Source: Asterias rubens
Taxonomy: Eukaryota
Assembly (NCBI RefSeq): GCF_902459465.1
Contig: NC_047072.1
Coordinates: forward strand, 17,484,001 to 17,548,000
Direction of reading: 5' to 3'
DNA: 64,000 nt
Below, piece by piece: positions 26,116 through 40,894 of the stretch. Below the pieces are notes generated by a model that saw nothing but the letters and a program-made list of their open reading frames with translations, was not told the origin of the DNA and did not search any database. Each line of letters starts with the position of its first letter. Position 1 is the first letter of the stretch. The position numbers and the translations under genes are program-made.

Positions 26116-27905
26116 CTAAAACAAATATTTTTAAAATAAATAAATAAAACCATTCTTTAAATGTCATTTTGGCTGGTACTTGTTTCTGTTAAGCAATACT
26201 TTTCTGTGCTTGGCAAGTTTTTGTGCTTACAGGCTTTATGAAATTTGGCCCTGGTATGTTATTTTACGGGCCATTGACGATGTGGATACTAGAAAATGTT
26301 GTAACAATGACCTCTATGCAATGACGAAGTGCAAACACAAAATGGTATATAGTTTGTAGTCATGCATCCTCCTTAGAGTAAAAAGTCCTATTCACATGAC
26401 AGCACTTTAACTGGGGTCCCTTGCTTAATTTTAGCATGGTTGTAAATGTTGCAATGTTTGACAATATTTTACAAGGAAACTGGGACAGTAAAAATTGTTC
26501 GTCCTTTTCACACGAGGTAAAATTTTACAAACTTGCTCAAATTTAGCAAGGGACCCCTTGCTAATTTACTCTCGTGTGAAAGGGGCTAAATTTCACATGG
26601 CGACCAAAATATACAGAGAATACACCATTCAAAATGTCACTTAAAACCAGCAAACACGTAGCATGGCAATTTTGAATAGTATTTTTCGACGTAATTTAAC
26701 AATAGAATGACTAGCAGACAACAGTATGGAGAGCCTGTTTGGCGTAAAACGATAACACACCATTTGACCTCGGTCTTTTATTCTATGAACCAATACAAGC
26801 AAACAAGACCGCTGCGCTGGAACAAAAATATTGAGAGTGGTGGTTAAAGGGTAACACAAAATATTGGTATTGTTTTGATGTTTTCGAAATCATGTATGAG
26901 GCTAGGTTTGTATGATGAGGTGTAACACCGAGTTACACGGCTTTAAAGGTTGTAATAAAGCCTGAAGCCATGGTTTTAGAAAACCCACTGTTGTTGTTAT
27001 TCTCTGACCTGTGTGTTGTTGTTTGATGGGGGGGGGGGGTCCTCTGCTTAAATTCTCGTCCACCGTTTGGTTTATGCCAATGTTTATTTCTGTTCTACCT
27101 TTAAAAATGCGTTTGCATTATTTCATGTTTAGGCCCTTTTGACACTACCCGATTCCTCGAATCAACTAGCCACTTTCTCGTTTATAAGTAAGGCTCGATT
27201 TTATGTGGAATAATATGTGACACAATGGAGCTTCATGGTGACACAAATGCAAATTTTCAACATGATCAGCATATATTCTTGCCTGTCAAAAGGGTCATTG
27301 GGTGTACAATGTCACCCTCTTTGTATTAAAAATGTGCCATCATTTAAGCCTTATTTGGCTAAATACAAATTGTCTAAAAATGTGTTCCAAAGAGCTGTCT
27401 GCCTCTTTGTTGACAAAGCTTAGCTTTGTCGTATCGCTTCTGTAATAAATATGGACGACCACCTTTTGAAATGAAGTTGTCACATGTTAATTTTATTGTA
27501 TACATCTACAATCGAACGGTTATGGAAACAAAGGGTATACTTTGCCTGTAAACGTAATATAACCCTCTTTTGATAAAACAACAACTGGTGGACAGGATAA
27601 TTAGATGCTCAGCCGAGCGATAAGTACAACCAGGCGTTTTGGGGTTCAAGATCATTGTGATTAAACTCATTAAAATTAATAATATTAATGCAAACCTTTC
27701 TATATTGTAATTATTGTCATTGAGCTTAATGGGCACCACAATTTAATTGATGGGTTATTGTACTTTGCGTGATAAAATGACAAAGGCTGGTTTGGTTGAC
27801 CTCGCATGCCCGTCCCCTTCTCTTCCTCGAAATTCAATTGTTGAACAGTTGGGGACGAGCGACGATAGTTAATGAGGGATGGAGGCTGGCTTTTATTGTT
27901 GACAA

Positions 27906-28055
27906 AGACCTTTTCGCAAATACCGGGGCGCGCGCGTAAAGCTTGGAATTAGGTGCATTGTGGTCTTGCTGGTATCCAAATTTGATCCATATATATCCCA
28001 CAATGCACCTCATTTAACAGTCTGCGCTTGCGCATTGGTATTTGCGATAAGGTCT
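27906..28055. mobile_element. AGACC...GGTCT-type MITE (150 bp); a similar-ended element at 59442-59988 hosts the family B copy
   Basis: TIR AGACCTT(T/A)TCGCAAATACC. Confidence 0.7.
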
Positions 28056-29058
28056 ATAGTCGTTGTGGTGATAAAAAGTGACAGGTTTGGTTGTATTTGT
28101 TTCAGGTGATCGGGTGTTAGTTTGTTATTTTGTTTGTGATTTTTGTTTTATTGGTTGATTGACTTGGCTTGTTTCTGTTGATGAAAACGCTTTGAAACTG
28201 CCTCTCATGCTGTTCATGTTTCCACTAACATGGCCAGACATTTCCGTCGGGGGGGGGGCAACGGCCTAAATGAAAAGGGGATTGTTTTATGTATGAAACA
28301 ATTCAACTGCTTCTTTTTCTTCAAAGAAAAATGTGCTATTTGAGCAAGAACTATTGACTAGATGGGAAAGATCATTTCACAACGAATTTTGGGAGTATTA
28401 TATTCCCCCAGTGGGATTCTTAGTCCCTGATGCGACACAGAGTTGACAAGAAGGCCAAGTTTGTGGGATAAATGGCTACTTTAGAGCGTTGCAATGGGGT
28501 ACAGGACAGAGAATTCTTAAAAAAGTTACTAATAACAAAATATGTATTAATATCTCTAGAGCGTGAAAACTTGTGAAAAGGCTGAGATAGTCAATAAACA
28601 ATCACAATGCCTAAAATCACGATTAATCATAGCTGACTGCCCCTCCCATCAGTTCCTTATTACTGTGGGTGCGTTCGTTTTAGCTTCCCTGGGTCTACCC
28701 TGGACTGCCACCGGTGCGTTCAAAAAACTTCGATGTCGTTCCAGGGGCTCACCCGGGTCAGCCCCCAGTGCCCTGCTTGTGGAGTGGGTCACTTGGGGGC
28801 TGGCCCTGGTTCATGACGTCACTACGAGAGTGGTGAGTGGCCGTTCGTTTAGCTCTTGTCAGGGGCTCACCTGAGTGAACACCGCGGGGTAGACCCAGGG
28901 AAGCTAATCGAACGCACCCATTGTTGTCAAAGACTGTACTACCAGATAAATTTAAAGCATTTTCTTACATCATCAGAAGAACGAAGCTAGTTGAAAAGTT
29001 TAACTTCGAACAAAAGATGTTTAATAACCCACACAAGACTTTCTAAAATCCAACTTAC

Positions 29059-29061
29059 CAT
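29059..29061 (-). CDS. tuba: tubA-C exon 1 coding part (ATG only)
   Basis: CCAGGAACTATG|GTAAGT, with a canonical TATA box 115 nt upstream. Confidence 0.85.
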
Positions 29062-29175
29062 AGTTCCTGGCTATGATGGTTTCGTCAAGCAAGGTGGACT
29101 GCTCTGGTATGCCGAGAGCGCTGACAATGTACGCCTCGCACGATATAATGAGACAGGCCTTCACCTCGAAACAAC

Positions 29176-29182
29176 TTTTATA
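29176..29182 (-). promoter_or_regulatory. TATA box (TATAAAA) of tubA-C
   Basis: Plus strand reads TTTTATA; the position implies a ~90-nt 5'UTR. Confidence 0.65.
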
Positions 29183-29235
29183 TCAACATTTTTATTGTCT
29201 AACACCCCGATACAAGGACAATGGGTTATTGTTCA

Positions 29236-29680
29236 GTCCCAACTTTAGAATTGTCCCAACTGTAGTTGGGACCAGTCCCAACTTGAGGGTTATAGTTGGG
29301 CCGGCCCAACGATAGCTGGGATTTAGAGATATGTCACCGTGGGCCCCAACTCTGGAATATTGTCCCAACTGTAGTTGAGACCGGTCCAAGAGTGTTCCAG
29401 TTGGGACAGCCCAACTATAGCTTGGATCCAGAGATCTTTGACCAGCGCCAACTCTAGAATTGTCCCAACTGTAGTTGGGACCGGTCACAACTTGAGTGTT
29501 GGGACGGCCCAACTCTAGAATTGTCCCAACTGTAGTTGGGACCGGTCACAACTTGAGTGTTGGGACGGCCCAACTGTAGAAGTGTCCCAACTGTCTTTGG
29601 GACCAGTGCCAACTTGAGTGGTACAGTTGGGAGGGCCCAACTATAGAGTTGTCCCAACTGAAGTTGGGTACGGTCCCCAC
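29236..29680. repeat. Palindromic minisatellite of ~61-bp units built from GTCCCAACT/AGTTGGGAC inverted motifs
   Basis: 61-bp period at 29448, 29509 and 29570; each unit contains the hairpin GTCCCAACT-GT-AGTTGGGAC. Confidence 0.9.
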
Positions 29681-30868
29681 TTCATGAACTTTTGTCAAAA
29701 TGACTCACAGAAATGTAACGTTTTATTTTAGGTAGAGAAATTTCACACTGCAAGAAAACAATAATTATGAGAGACGTCAGTTGAGTTTTATTTTGTTCAT
29801 GAGACTTGTACATAATGTTACTGTTTTCCGGTATAATACAGCCCGTTTTAAATCACAACAGACGATTTTTATGACTTCCCTACTCTAAAAAATACTATAT
29901 ACTTCTTGTTCTACACAAGGGGAAGATTCTCGACTTATTCTACAAAATATTTTATAATTTTTTGGATAAAGTAGTTTTTGAATGTTTGCGGATATACATG
30001 CCGAAATCATAGACCTTTGAGAAGTCTTAATATTCATAAGGATTGGCTTTCGAATTGCAAATGAGGGCGTACATGTAATACACTTACAGTACAGTAAAAA
30101 TTGACTGCGAAATTAATGCGTGATCAACGGTACATCCTTACCACGTGACCGTCAGGATATTGACGTTTGGCTCAATCTCTGGCGTAGTTTACGAGCCTCG
30201 AAGTGTGACGTCAGATGTTCAGGCTCGGCTATCATTTCTAATATAGAGGGCGTACATTGGTAGACTTCAGTTCACATGGTTGTATTCTATATCATTTGGT
30301 TATATTTGGTTGTAGCTTTATTATTGTGTCCCTTCTCTTTGATCCTGTGGCTCAATTTTTTCCAAGATTCATACCGTGTAATGATGCATGTGATACTTGA
30401 AAAGGTGTCTAATATAGACAATGCGTATTTCTCATAGTAAAATGGGTACAAACTGTCTTCAAGTCTTACTATGTGTAATCGGGCCGTTTTTGTTAAAGTC
30501 ATCAAAAACTTTACCCAGAAACCTGAGACTTGGAACCAGGCCCATTTTGAACAGCGCCACCCTGAGACAATTTAATAAATATGTTACGTCAGCTTATTAT
30601 AAGGTCCAAAATGTGTACATCTTTATGTGTAAACATTCGATTGTGCAAATAAGGGCAAATATTTCGAGTTTCCATTCCGCAAAGAGCAAAACTCAATTTT
30701 AAGGAATATTAGGTGTTTAGATTAGCTTGGGTTCCCTGGAATGTGCAAGAAGAGATGTGCACATTAGTTTCTATGACAACAATATTGATGTCTACTAACT
30801 CCTGCAGATTATGCTAAATGCAAAATAAGATACTTCTTGGAGACTGAAAGAAAGACAATTCAGAGAGT

Positions 30869-31852
<984 letters not shown>

Positions 31853-31944
31853 CTACAACGCAAAAAGGACAAGAATAATCACTCAATAATTATTGCATAA
31901 AGTAACACAAGAAAAGACAAAGGGAAAACAAATTGGTTTATGTA

Positions 31945-32052
31945 GTAATGTATCTTGCTCAGTGACACAAATTGCCACGACCAGGACTCGAACTCTCACA
32001 AACACAAGGTCTTGAGTACAATGCCCTTATTACCTCTCGGCCTCGACACTGA
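31945..32052 (-). mobile_element. tRNA-derived SINE 5' part in tubA-D intron 3
   Basis: A-box-like GGCCGAGAGG, B-box GAGTTCGAGTCC (31995-31984), then GTGTCACTGAGCAAGATAC. Confidence 0.6.
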
Positions 32053-32166
32053 CGCCACTTAAACATTGAGGCCAGTCAGCTCTAATAAAGCCAAGGGATT
32101 ATTGCTCACATTGTTTGACTATTACCTTGGAAAAAAGAATTTAAGATAAAGTGAGATAACAATTAC

Positions 32167-32315
32167 CAGTTTACGGATTCTGTCTAGGACTGTGTCCACG
32201 TGTTCCTTGCCGACGGTGTAGTGACCTCTTGCGTAGTTGTTGGCGGCATCCTCTTTGCCTGTGATCAGCTGCTCAGGGTGGAAGAGCTGCCGGTACGGAC
32301 CTCTTCGGACCTCAT
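32167..32315 (-). CDS. tuba: tubA-D exon 3 (149 nt)
   Basis: Acceptor TTCCTCCAG|AT, donor CTG|GTAATT. Encodes [16 protein letters not shown]...[15 protein letters not shown]. Confidence 0.96.
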
Positions 32316-32488
32316 CTGGAGGAATGAACAGCAACGAAAACAAAGTTAGTAATGTGTGTTGTATTATGCTCAAAATAAATAATTTCCTGGGGAAAACACA
32401 GGGAACAGAATGATTTGCATTTTGTTCAAGGTATATTGGATCATTTGGAATGACAAGTCACTTCATCCTTTCAAAGCAACTTATGCTA

Positions 32489-32809
<321 letters not shown>

Positions 32810-33809
32810 TCACGAGAGGTCGCTATAACAACTCGCCGTTAGTAATTTCGGGCACTGATATTGTTCAAGTTATCATTAATTTATCTCTTCTGCAAACATT
32901 AAACAAACTCAACAATCGTGTTTTATAGTAAAAACACATTTCACAGCTTACTTTTTAAGGGGAAATAGGGCATAACAAATCAAAATAATTATGAGCCTAC
33001 GAGTTTACAGTCTTGGTACAACGATTAAGTTTCATTTTGGTTCTCTTGCTCGCATCTTTATGTCCTGCATATGCAGTATCGTAGACCAAGATTTTTGTGA
33101 AGAGTTTATACAAAATCACTTAATAGTTTTTAAAAATGTGTATTTCTTCTTCTTTTTTCCGCTTAACCTATACAAACAAAATATTAAAATGTCTTACACA
33201 AAAAAAGAGATCACAGATACAGTGTTGTATTTCTACAAGGCCAGTGGCCAGGTAGGAATTGAAATTGAATTGGTTCTGAAAGACCGACACAAAAATATCA
33301 ACATTTCTTACAACACGAAAGAAAAGAGATACAATGTTTTATTCCTACATGGCCAGAGGCCGGGTAGGAAATGAGATTTGGCGAGAACGGAATACGTGAG
33401 TCATAGCAGAGGATAAATCGCCCCGGGGGAATTTAGTGCATTGATGATGCACGGCGCACGAAGACGCTGGGGCCCTGCACTGTCCTCGTGTTACTAGGTA
33501 CACAACTTTAACTCTCTCTAGAATGAAGTGACGAAGAATATTTTATGCTTATTTGGCAGAGGATGGTGATTATCAAGGGAGGATGGGGGAAATTATTCAT
33601 TGTTTTTTGCGAAGGTGGCTTTTTGTTGTTGAAGTACAGGAATGAAAATCAAATGTTTTGAATTTTCTTTTGTCTTCATACAGATTTAATAACGATTGAA
33701 AACAAATAGTCCGTGTTGTGCATTAAAGCGCAGGGGGGCAACTTTGTATCCATTGTGCTTGGTTTGTCTGTGCATGCTGATTCAATGTTTACAATTGTTT
33801 TAATGTTTT

Positions 33810-34262
33810 TTATTATTATTATTGGTTTATTAAAAATGCAAACCTGGCGGCCAAAAGGCCGAATTGCGGATGCATATTATATACAAAGAGTAAAAATACA
33901 ATAATTATTACTATAAATCTATTAAAATTTGAGAAAAAAGCATTAAGGTAAAACATACTCATATTACACAAGGGGAGCAGGTATAAAAAACAAATAGCAA
34001 AAAGGCACTACAAAAACCCAAAAGACGAGAAAAGACATAAAAACAAACAGGCAATTTAAAAACAAAAACAAAAACTGAAAAGCCAGCGAATTGTTAAGAA
34101 AACAGAATACCACAGATAAAAACACTAGGGTTTGTGATTAAGCAGACTGGTCAGTTTGGGGATACAACTGTTGTTATATCTGCTGGTTCTACATTTAACG
34201 GCAGTGAGCAGGGCAACATTTCGAAGGTGATTGTTCCTATTAGGGGGAAGCCATCCACGAAT
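33810..34262 (-). mobile_element. 3' end of a non-LTR retrotransposon (CR1/L2/Rex1-like RT C-terminus, 3'UTR and (AAT)n tail)
   Basis: Translates GWLPPNRNNHLRN...CRTSRYNNSCIPKLTSLLN*; AATAATAAT tail near 33812. Confidence 0.6.
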
Positions 34263-36052
34263 TTAAAATGGACTTAAAATTAAAATTTGGAAACTTTTGC
34301 TTGCTGCATTGTTTGATCTCTCTTGCACGACGTTCATGCCCGAGCTACGATATGATCATGACACACCTCTAAAAGTTAATTACTCTTTTTACATTAAGCA
34401 ATTCTTATGTGAATTCCAACAATGCCTGGTTATTGTTGTATTTTAAGTTTTAATTAACTGTAGCAACATCTATTAAAGGAAGTGGACACTATGTATTTAC
34501 TCAAAATATTTATAAGCATAAAACCTTACTTGGTGACGAGTGATAGGGGAGAGTTTGACGGTATAAAACATTGTGAGAAACGACTCCGTCTGAAGTGACA
34601 TAGTTTTCGAGAAAGAAGTAACTTTCCACGAATTTGATTTCGAGACCTCAGATTTAGACTTTGAGGTCTTGAAATCAAAACGCACACAACTTAGTGTGAC
34701 AAGGGTGTTTTTTCTTTCATTATTATCTCGCAACTTCGACGACCAATTAAGCTCAAATTTTCACTGGTTTGTTATTTTGTGCATATGTTGAGATACACCA
34801 ATTGAGAAGACTGGTCTTTGACAATTACCAATCGTGTCCAGTGTCTTTAAGTCATGGATCAACTCAAGTTTCACAACAACAAATTAACAGCAACATCATT
34901 ACACCATTGTCATTATAATGCTCTCTTGGAACCACTAAAACGTATGCCAAGTTTGTTTCAAGGAGTGAAGTAAATAAAATTGAAGACAATTTTGTGATGT
35001 TTTGAAGCATTTTTGTACTAGAAGAAAAAAAGAAGAAGAAAACAAACACGTGAAATTTTCTTGGTAAATTTGGTGTAACATTTTAATAAAAGAATAACAA
35101 TTTCTACTAATTTTTCTTTTCTACTGTAACGACAAAGAACATTGTACATTTCCTTCATTAAACAAAAGTCTGTACAAAATCGTACACAGTTTTTCCCATC
35201 ACTATTTCCAAATCGATTTTTCTTAAAACAAAAACCCATTAGAGTTTATCTGATTTTGACAGTTCTAAGTGCCGATAGCACTTTAGAAACCTGGTACGTA
35301 TTGATTCAGCACAAAATTGACGCCAGTAAATCGATACAGTACAAAAACGAATACCTGGCGAGTTATCGATTTAGCAAAGATATCAAGATATTTCTTGATC
35401 ATATTATTAAGAATGATCTGAGTGATATTGTTTCATAATGTGTATGTAAATTTGTTTAAAAAAAATAAATAAAGAATGAATAATATTGAAAAAATAAAGT
35501 TTTTTTTTTACAATCACAAATGAATAAAATTAATAAGTAAATAAATAAATAAACAAAATTTAGGAATAAATAAACTTAGTAATTACAAAACCACGAGCGG
35601 AAACAAACAAGACATTGATAAATAAATAGACACAAACAAACAAACAAACAAACAAACAAACAAACAAGATTCAGAATTACAAACAAGATCCATATAATTG
35701 AGTGCTGTGTGAATGATAGATTTTGCACATGTTAGTGTTTGTTTACTTTCACTGTATATGTTGTTCATTTAAATATATGTTTTACTATAATTTATGTATT
35801 GACTAATATTTAAGAGGGGTTTACCCTCAAAATTGTAATAGTAGTTATTTTTATTTTTTGCTGAAGACACGAAGACGCATAATTATTCGCTTGTCACTTG
35901 ACAAAGGTGTGGCTTCAAATTTGAAACGGGAAAAACGCGTTAGAGATGACGGGACGACTTTTCCATGAAGAAAACAAAATAACTAAACTTCATCATTTCA
36001 ACCTCAAAAATATTAATCGAAAACAGAGTTTAGAACAAAGAATAGTACTCAC

Positions 36053-36055
36053 CAT
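36053..36055 (-). CDS. tuba: tubA-D exon 1 coding part (ATG only)
   Basis: ATCTTCAACATG|GTGAGT, with a GC-rich promoter-like region upstream. Confidence 0.85.
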
Positions 36056-36140
36056 GTTGAAGATCTGACTGCGATTCTCTTGGAACGTAAAAGTGGAATG
36101 TATGTGGGATTTTTTTGAGATAATAAATCCAAGAAAAGAT

Positions 36141-36312
36141 TCTTATATTTTATCCGGAGTGAGATAGTCAGAGCGGTCTTGATCCAACTGTGATGGGCGG
36201 GTCAGACGCGATACAAACCTCCCGACTGCAGGCTCGAAATGACTACAGCTTCTCGCGAACCTGTGTGTGCCCCAAGACGCACGCACGGCCTGCCGTCCGC
36301 AGCCGCGCATGC
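36141..36312 (-). promoter_or_regulatory. tubA-D promoter region (TATA-like AATATAAG, GC box GGGCGG, GCGCATGC)
   Basis: Local GC/CpG enrichment immediately upstream of exon 1. Confidence 0.45.
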
Positions 36313-38026
36313 CTACCTTAATTATCACCCCAGGCCGCGATGTTAAACATCAAGTTGGATTCCTACGACGCTATTGGGTCGTGTCATCACTCCATCACGG
36401 TTGATTTCACACTCGACTTGAGGTACACAGCAGTTTCATGGAGAAGATGAAATAATCTTCTTTAACCAATTTGAGGACATTATAAGCTGTTTCAAAAAGC
36501 CACCGCCAGAGAGTTAGCGGTGCTGTAATTATTCACGCCTGCCTACGATACATTAAAATATGAAATTATGTCCACCCTCTTGTGCAATGTAATTTAATTC
36601 CATTTCAATATCTAAACAACAAAATGCATGGAAAGTGGCTGCTTTTGAAGTACTTTGGCCAAGTATTACAATTATTTTAAGAATTCATTTGAGGATGGAG
36701 TTAATGTATGAGGGGTTGGGGTACAAACGTATTAGTCCCATGGGGTTTCATAAATGAACGATCTAGTCGATTGTCGCCGAAATATGCTTATTCCTGATTT
36801 CTGTTTCGTTTTTACTCTAAATGGATCTTGACAGCTTATGTGGTTACAAACTGCAAAATTGTTTGTACATGGTTGTTGATCGCGAGATAATAGGGACTTT
36901 TCGTTTTCGACGACGGATGGTTCTGCGACGGTAAAGATGACATTTGGCGTCATCTGCGCATGCGTCGGCTTTGAGGACGGTCGTCCCTCAATTTCTACGA
37001 CAGTACTTGGGATGAATCTTCGTTGTGCTGAAAACGACAACGTTTAGCTGAACAACCGTCACAGAACCATCCGTCGTCGAAAACGAAAAGTCCCTAATGT
37101 CGGGATCCCAACCTACATTTGTTTCCCTTCTTTTTTTTAGGGGATGGGGGTGGGGTGAGTAAGGGGAGGGTGTCATGGAAAGAAGATGTCAACGACCTCA
37201 CTTATCAACCTGAGCAGAGTCATTCTCAAAGACTAAAATGACAGTATCCTAGCTAATGTAACCGAAGCAGTCAACTGGAAAGAAGTGACAGGAGCGAAGC
37301 AGAATGCATTCAGATGGATGAACAAGAAAAAGCAATTTGGGGAAGTCGGAATTCTTTTCCAATTAAGAAGATCTAAACTCATCTTAAGATCCCGATTAAA
37401 ACGTTTATTTTTTTGGGAAAACTAAAGTGAGTGCTTGTCCAAAGAAGGGGGGTATTATTAATAGACTCTTTTCAATAAATGCAATACACAGTAACCTCAG
37501 CATCTTAGTGCGAAACGTTTAGATTTCAAATGAAGCACAATGGGTGTGTTCCCAACCACTTGGCAGTTTCAGAAAATTATGCAAAAAAAATGCGAATTTG
37601 CGTATTCATACTGATATCATAACAACGACCAGGGCGCACTTTCACGGCTCTTATTTTCCAATATGGAACAAAGAATATACAAAGCAGCAAAATCACAAAA
37701 TAAAGTATCCAACAAAATTAAACAAGAAAGCCAAAAGGGCAATACACAAGAAACCTATAAAACAAACGAAAAAGGGGACATTACCGCGAATTCACTCTCA
37801 TGGTGTCCATAGAATCACGCGCTTAAAGGCGCCATAAGCGCAAATTCGGTTTCTGCTAAGCAGAAATGAGCAGAATGCCACTCACAAAACGTACAATTGA
37901 CAGGGTAGTTTGGCCGACAACCCCATTCTGCTCAGCATAATTTTGTCGTGCTTAGCTAGTTTTTATGCATAAGCAGCTCTACGTGATTCCAGGTGCGATG
38001 ACAATATTGGACTGTGCATAAAGATT

Positions 38027-38154
38027 GGCCGTGTCCGAAACGACGACTTCGGCTACAGCTACGTCTAGATCAGCGCGTCTACCAGTGTTGAAGAATAGCA
38101 GACGCGCGCGATCTAGTCGTAGCTGTAGCCGAAGTCGCCGTTTCGGACACGGCC
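38027..38154. mobile_element. Small MITE with ~45-bp TIRs (GGCCGTGTCCGAAACG...)
   Basis: Near-perfect inverted arms around a ~38-nt spacer. Confidence 0.8.
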
Positions 38155-40894
38155 TAAGTCTTTCAACACCTGCCAAGGTCCAATGGTTTTTGTGTTTATT
38201 AGCCTCGTCCAAGGCTCTTTACACAAGCACCGCGCCGGCCCGCTGCTATGAATCCACGAACTGCGTGTACATGTGTACTACTACTATACCGCGCGCACGA
38301 TACTGTGGGGTCGAAACATGGCTTTTCGAGGTATGAACGAGGTCACAAAACGAAGTATGATTTTGTTGCGTATAGAGCCTTCGGCAAGGCTATGTGTTTA
38401 TCTGCTGTTAAACGACTGTTCAAGGAATATGGGCGAGTTTGTAAACGGGTAAATCATAGTTCCATTAAAAATTATTATTATGATGTTGGTGCGAAACAGG
38501 TTTCATGAGAACAGTAATTACTACTCACAACCTTTATAATGTTATGCATTGGTTTCACTGGAACGTTCCATTCCATTAGAGGGGTGTACATACGTAATCC
38601 CTGGTTGTGGCAAAGTGTGTATTGATTTGAAATAGGGACTTTGTAATTAAGCTAATGCATTAATGTCGTGAAAGGTCGATCAGTATGTTCAACATGGATT
38701 AATCTAATTGAACAGGGAACCAGTAAATAATAATTTATATCGTATGGTTTCATTACAGAGGCGAGCTATTATTGAAAATGTGAACCAGTAAATAATATAT
38801 CACATCTCGTGGTTTCAATGCAGAGGCGAGCTATACTTAAAATACTTACTTCAACAAGCAATCAATGAAATAAAAACCTTTTATTTGCCAACTGTTTTCA
38901 AAGGAGGATAAAACAAAATATACGGAAACGTCATTATGAATTCAAAGGAATTGGTCAAATATGAAGCAGATGTTGTCACCGCAAACAAATATTTATTTTG
39001 AGGGTTCCATGAGGCAATTATTTCTTAGTCATGCTTTAATATATAATGTTGATGGTTAACTCTAGAAGGATGCTCAATCAGATGAAGCAACGCTTCCTAT
39101 TGTAATTATAAGTCAGTAGATAGCGATGAAGCTGAGCATTTATCGAATCAAACCTCTTAAAGGATCTTAAAGGCACTGGCCACTATTGGTAATTACTCCC
39201 AAAAAATTGTTAGAAAAAAAAAGTGCTTGGTTATGAGCAAATAAGTGAGAAAAAATTCCATAATCGAAGCGAGAAGTTTCTTGCCGAGTTAGTTTTTGTC
39301 TCCATTAATTTTCAGAGTCACTTCTAAACGTATCCCTTTAAGTGAAAGTTTGCAGCTTCTTCTTACAAGCCGTGACCCAATCTGGAATGTGAGAATGAAC
39401 CGCGGTAGTGGAAAGGAACCCTCTGCCCTTCTCGATTGCACCCATCAAGCGATGGGTCTGAAATCAATCACCTTTGAAAGATATTTACTTCTAAGTAAAA
39501 TGTTGAAGTTGATATCATACAGTCATGAAGACACGTTTACTGTTTGTGGCTTGAGCAACAACTAAGTTATGTTTTCAGAATTGCATTGCTGTCGTTTCTG
39601 TCTCACATTAATTTTTTTATAATAACGTTTATGCTCTGTACTTTTTAATTACTGTGCAATTCATTCTTTGGGTTGCAATGGGTTTTTTAATACACCAATA
39701 ACAACAATGTGTAATAAATATTTCCCACCCCCCCCCCTCCACCCTATGTCTTTACTATGTTATGAGAACCGTATGAACAATAATCAGAGAGTGGGTGTAC
39801 ATTGAGGAGTATTCGAGAATGAACAGGCATCCCCCCAAAAAATAAAAACGCACAAAAATAATGCTTTAGGATGTTATTTCTTTCATTATTTTCTTGCAAC
39901 TTTGATGACCAATTGAGTCAAAATTTACACAAAGTAGTTTGTTATGCATGTTGGGATACACCGAGTGATGCTTTCCAAATGCGTCGAGGGTCTTTGAATA
40001 CCCACCTTCAAAGTCTTTAAAAAAAAAATGGACTCACTACACAGCATGAAGATACAATCTAATCAAGTGTTTAACTTACTTCGTATAAACACCAGGGGTG
40101 TAATTTTAACACCATAGTGTTTTAAAGAAGTGTCTCACTTGGTGTATCTCAACATATGCATAAAATAACAAACCTGTGAAAATTTGAGCTCAATTGGTGG
40201 TCGAAGTTGCGAGATAATAATTAAAGAAAAAAAACCTTGTTACACGAATTTGGGTGCAGTCTGATGATTGATTTCGAGACCTCAAATTCTAAATCTGAGG
40301 TCTCGAAATCAAATTCGTAGAAATTTACTTCTTTCTCGAAAACTATGGCAATTCAGAGGGAGCCGTTTCTCACAATGTTTTATACTATCAACCTCTCCCC
40401 ATTACTCGTCACCAAGTAAGGTTTTATGGTAATAATTAATTTGAGTAATTATTACCAATGGTGTCCACTGCCTTCAACACACAAATAACAATAATGTGTA
40501 ATAAATCCCCCCACCCTGTCTTTACTGTGTTATGAGAATCTTATTAGGAACAATGATCAGAGAGAGCATTGAATACCCACCTTTAACGTCGTTAAAAAGT
40601 GACTCACTACGCAGCATGAAGATACAATCTAATCAAGTGTTTAACTTACTTCGTATAAACACCAGGGGGGTAATTTTAACACCACAGTGTTTTAAAACAA
40701 TACCGTTTAATACTAAGAATGGTTCAGCACTAAAACGTACGTATCGATCCATCACCAGTTGGTAACGAAATACAAAAAACTAATTTCATTCACAGATGTA
40801 TTTTTCTCCAATTTGATCAAGCAATCCCTTGTTATCTAAATAAAAAATCCTGACACTTACACGAGAGGGCGGCAGACGGCTAAACGTGCCGCAC

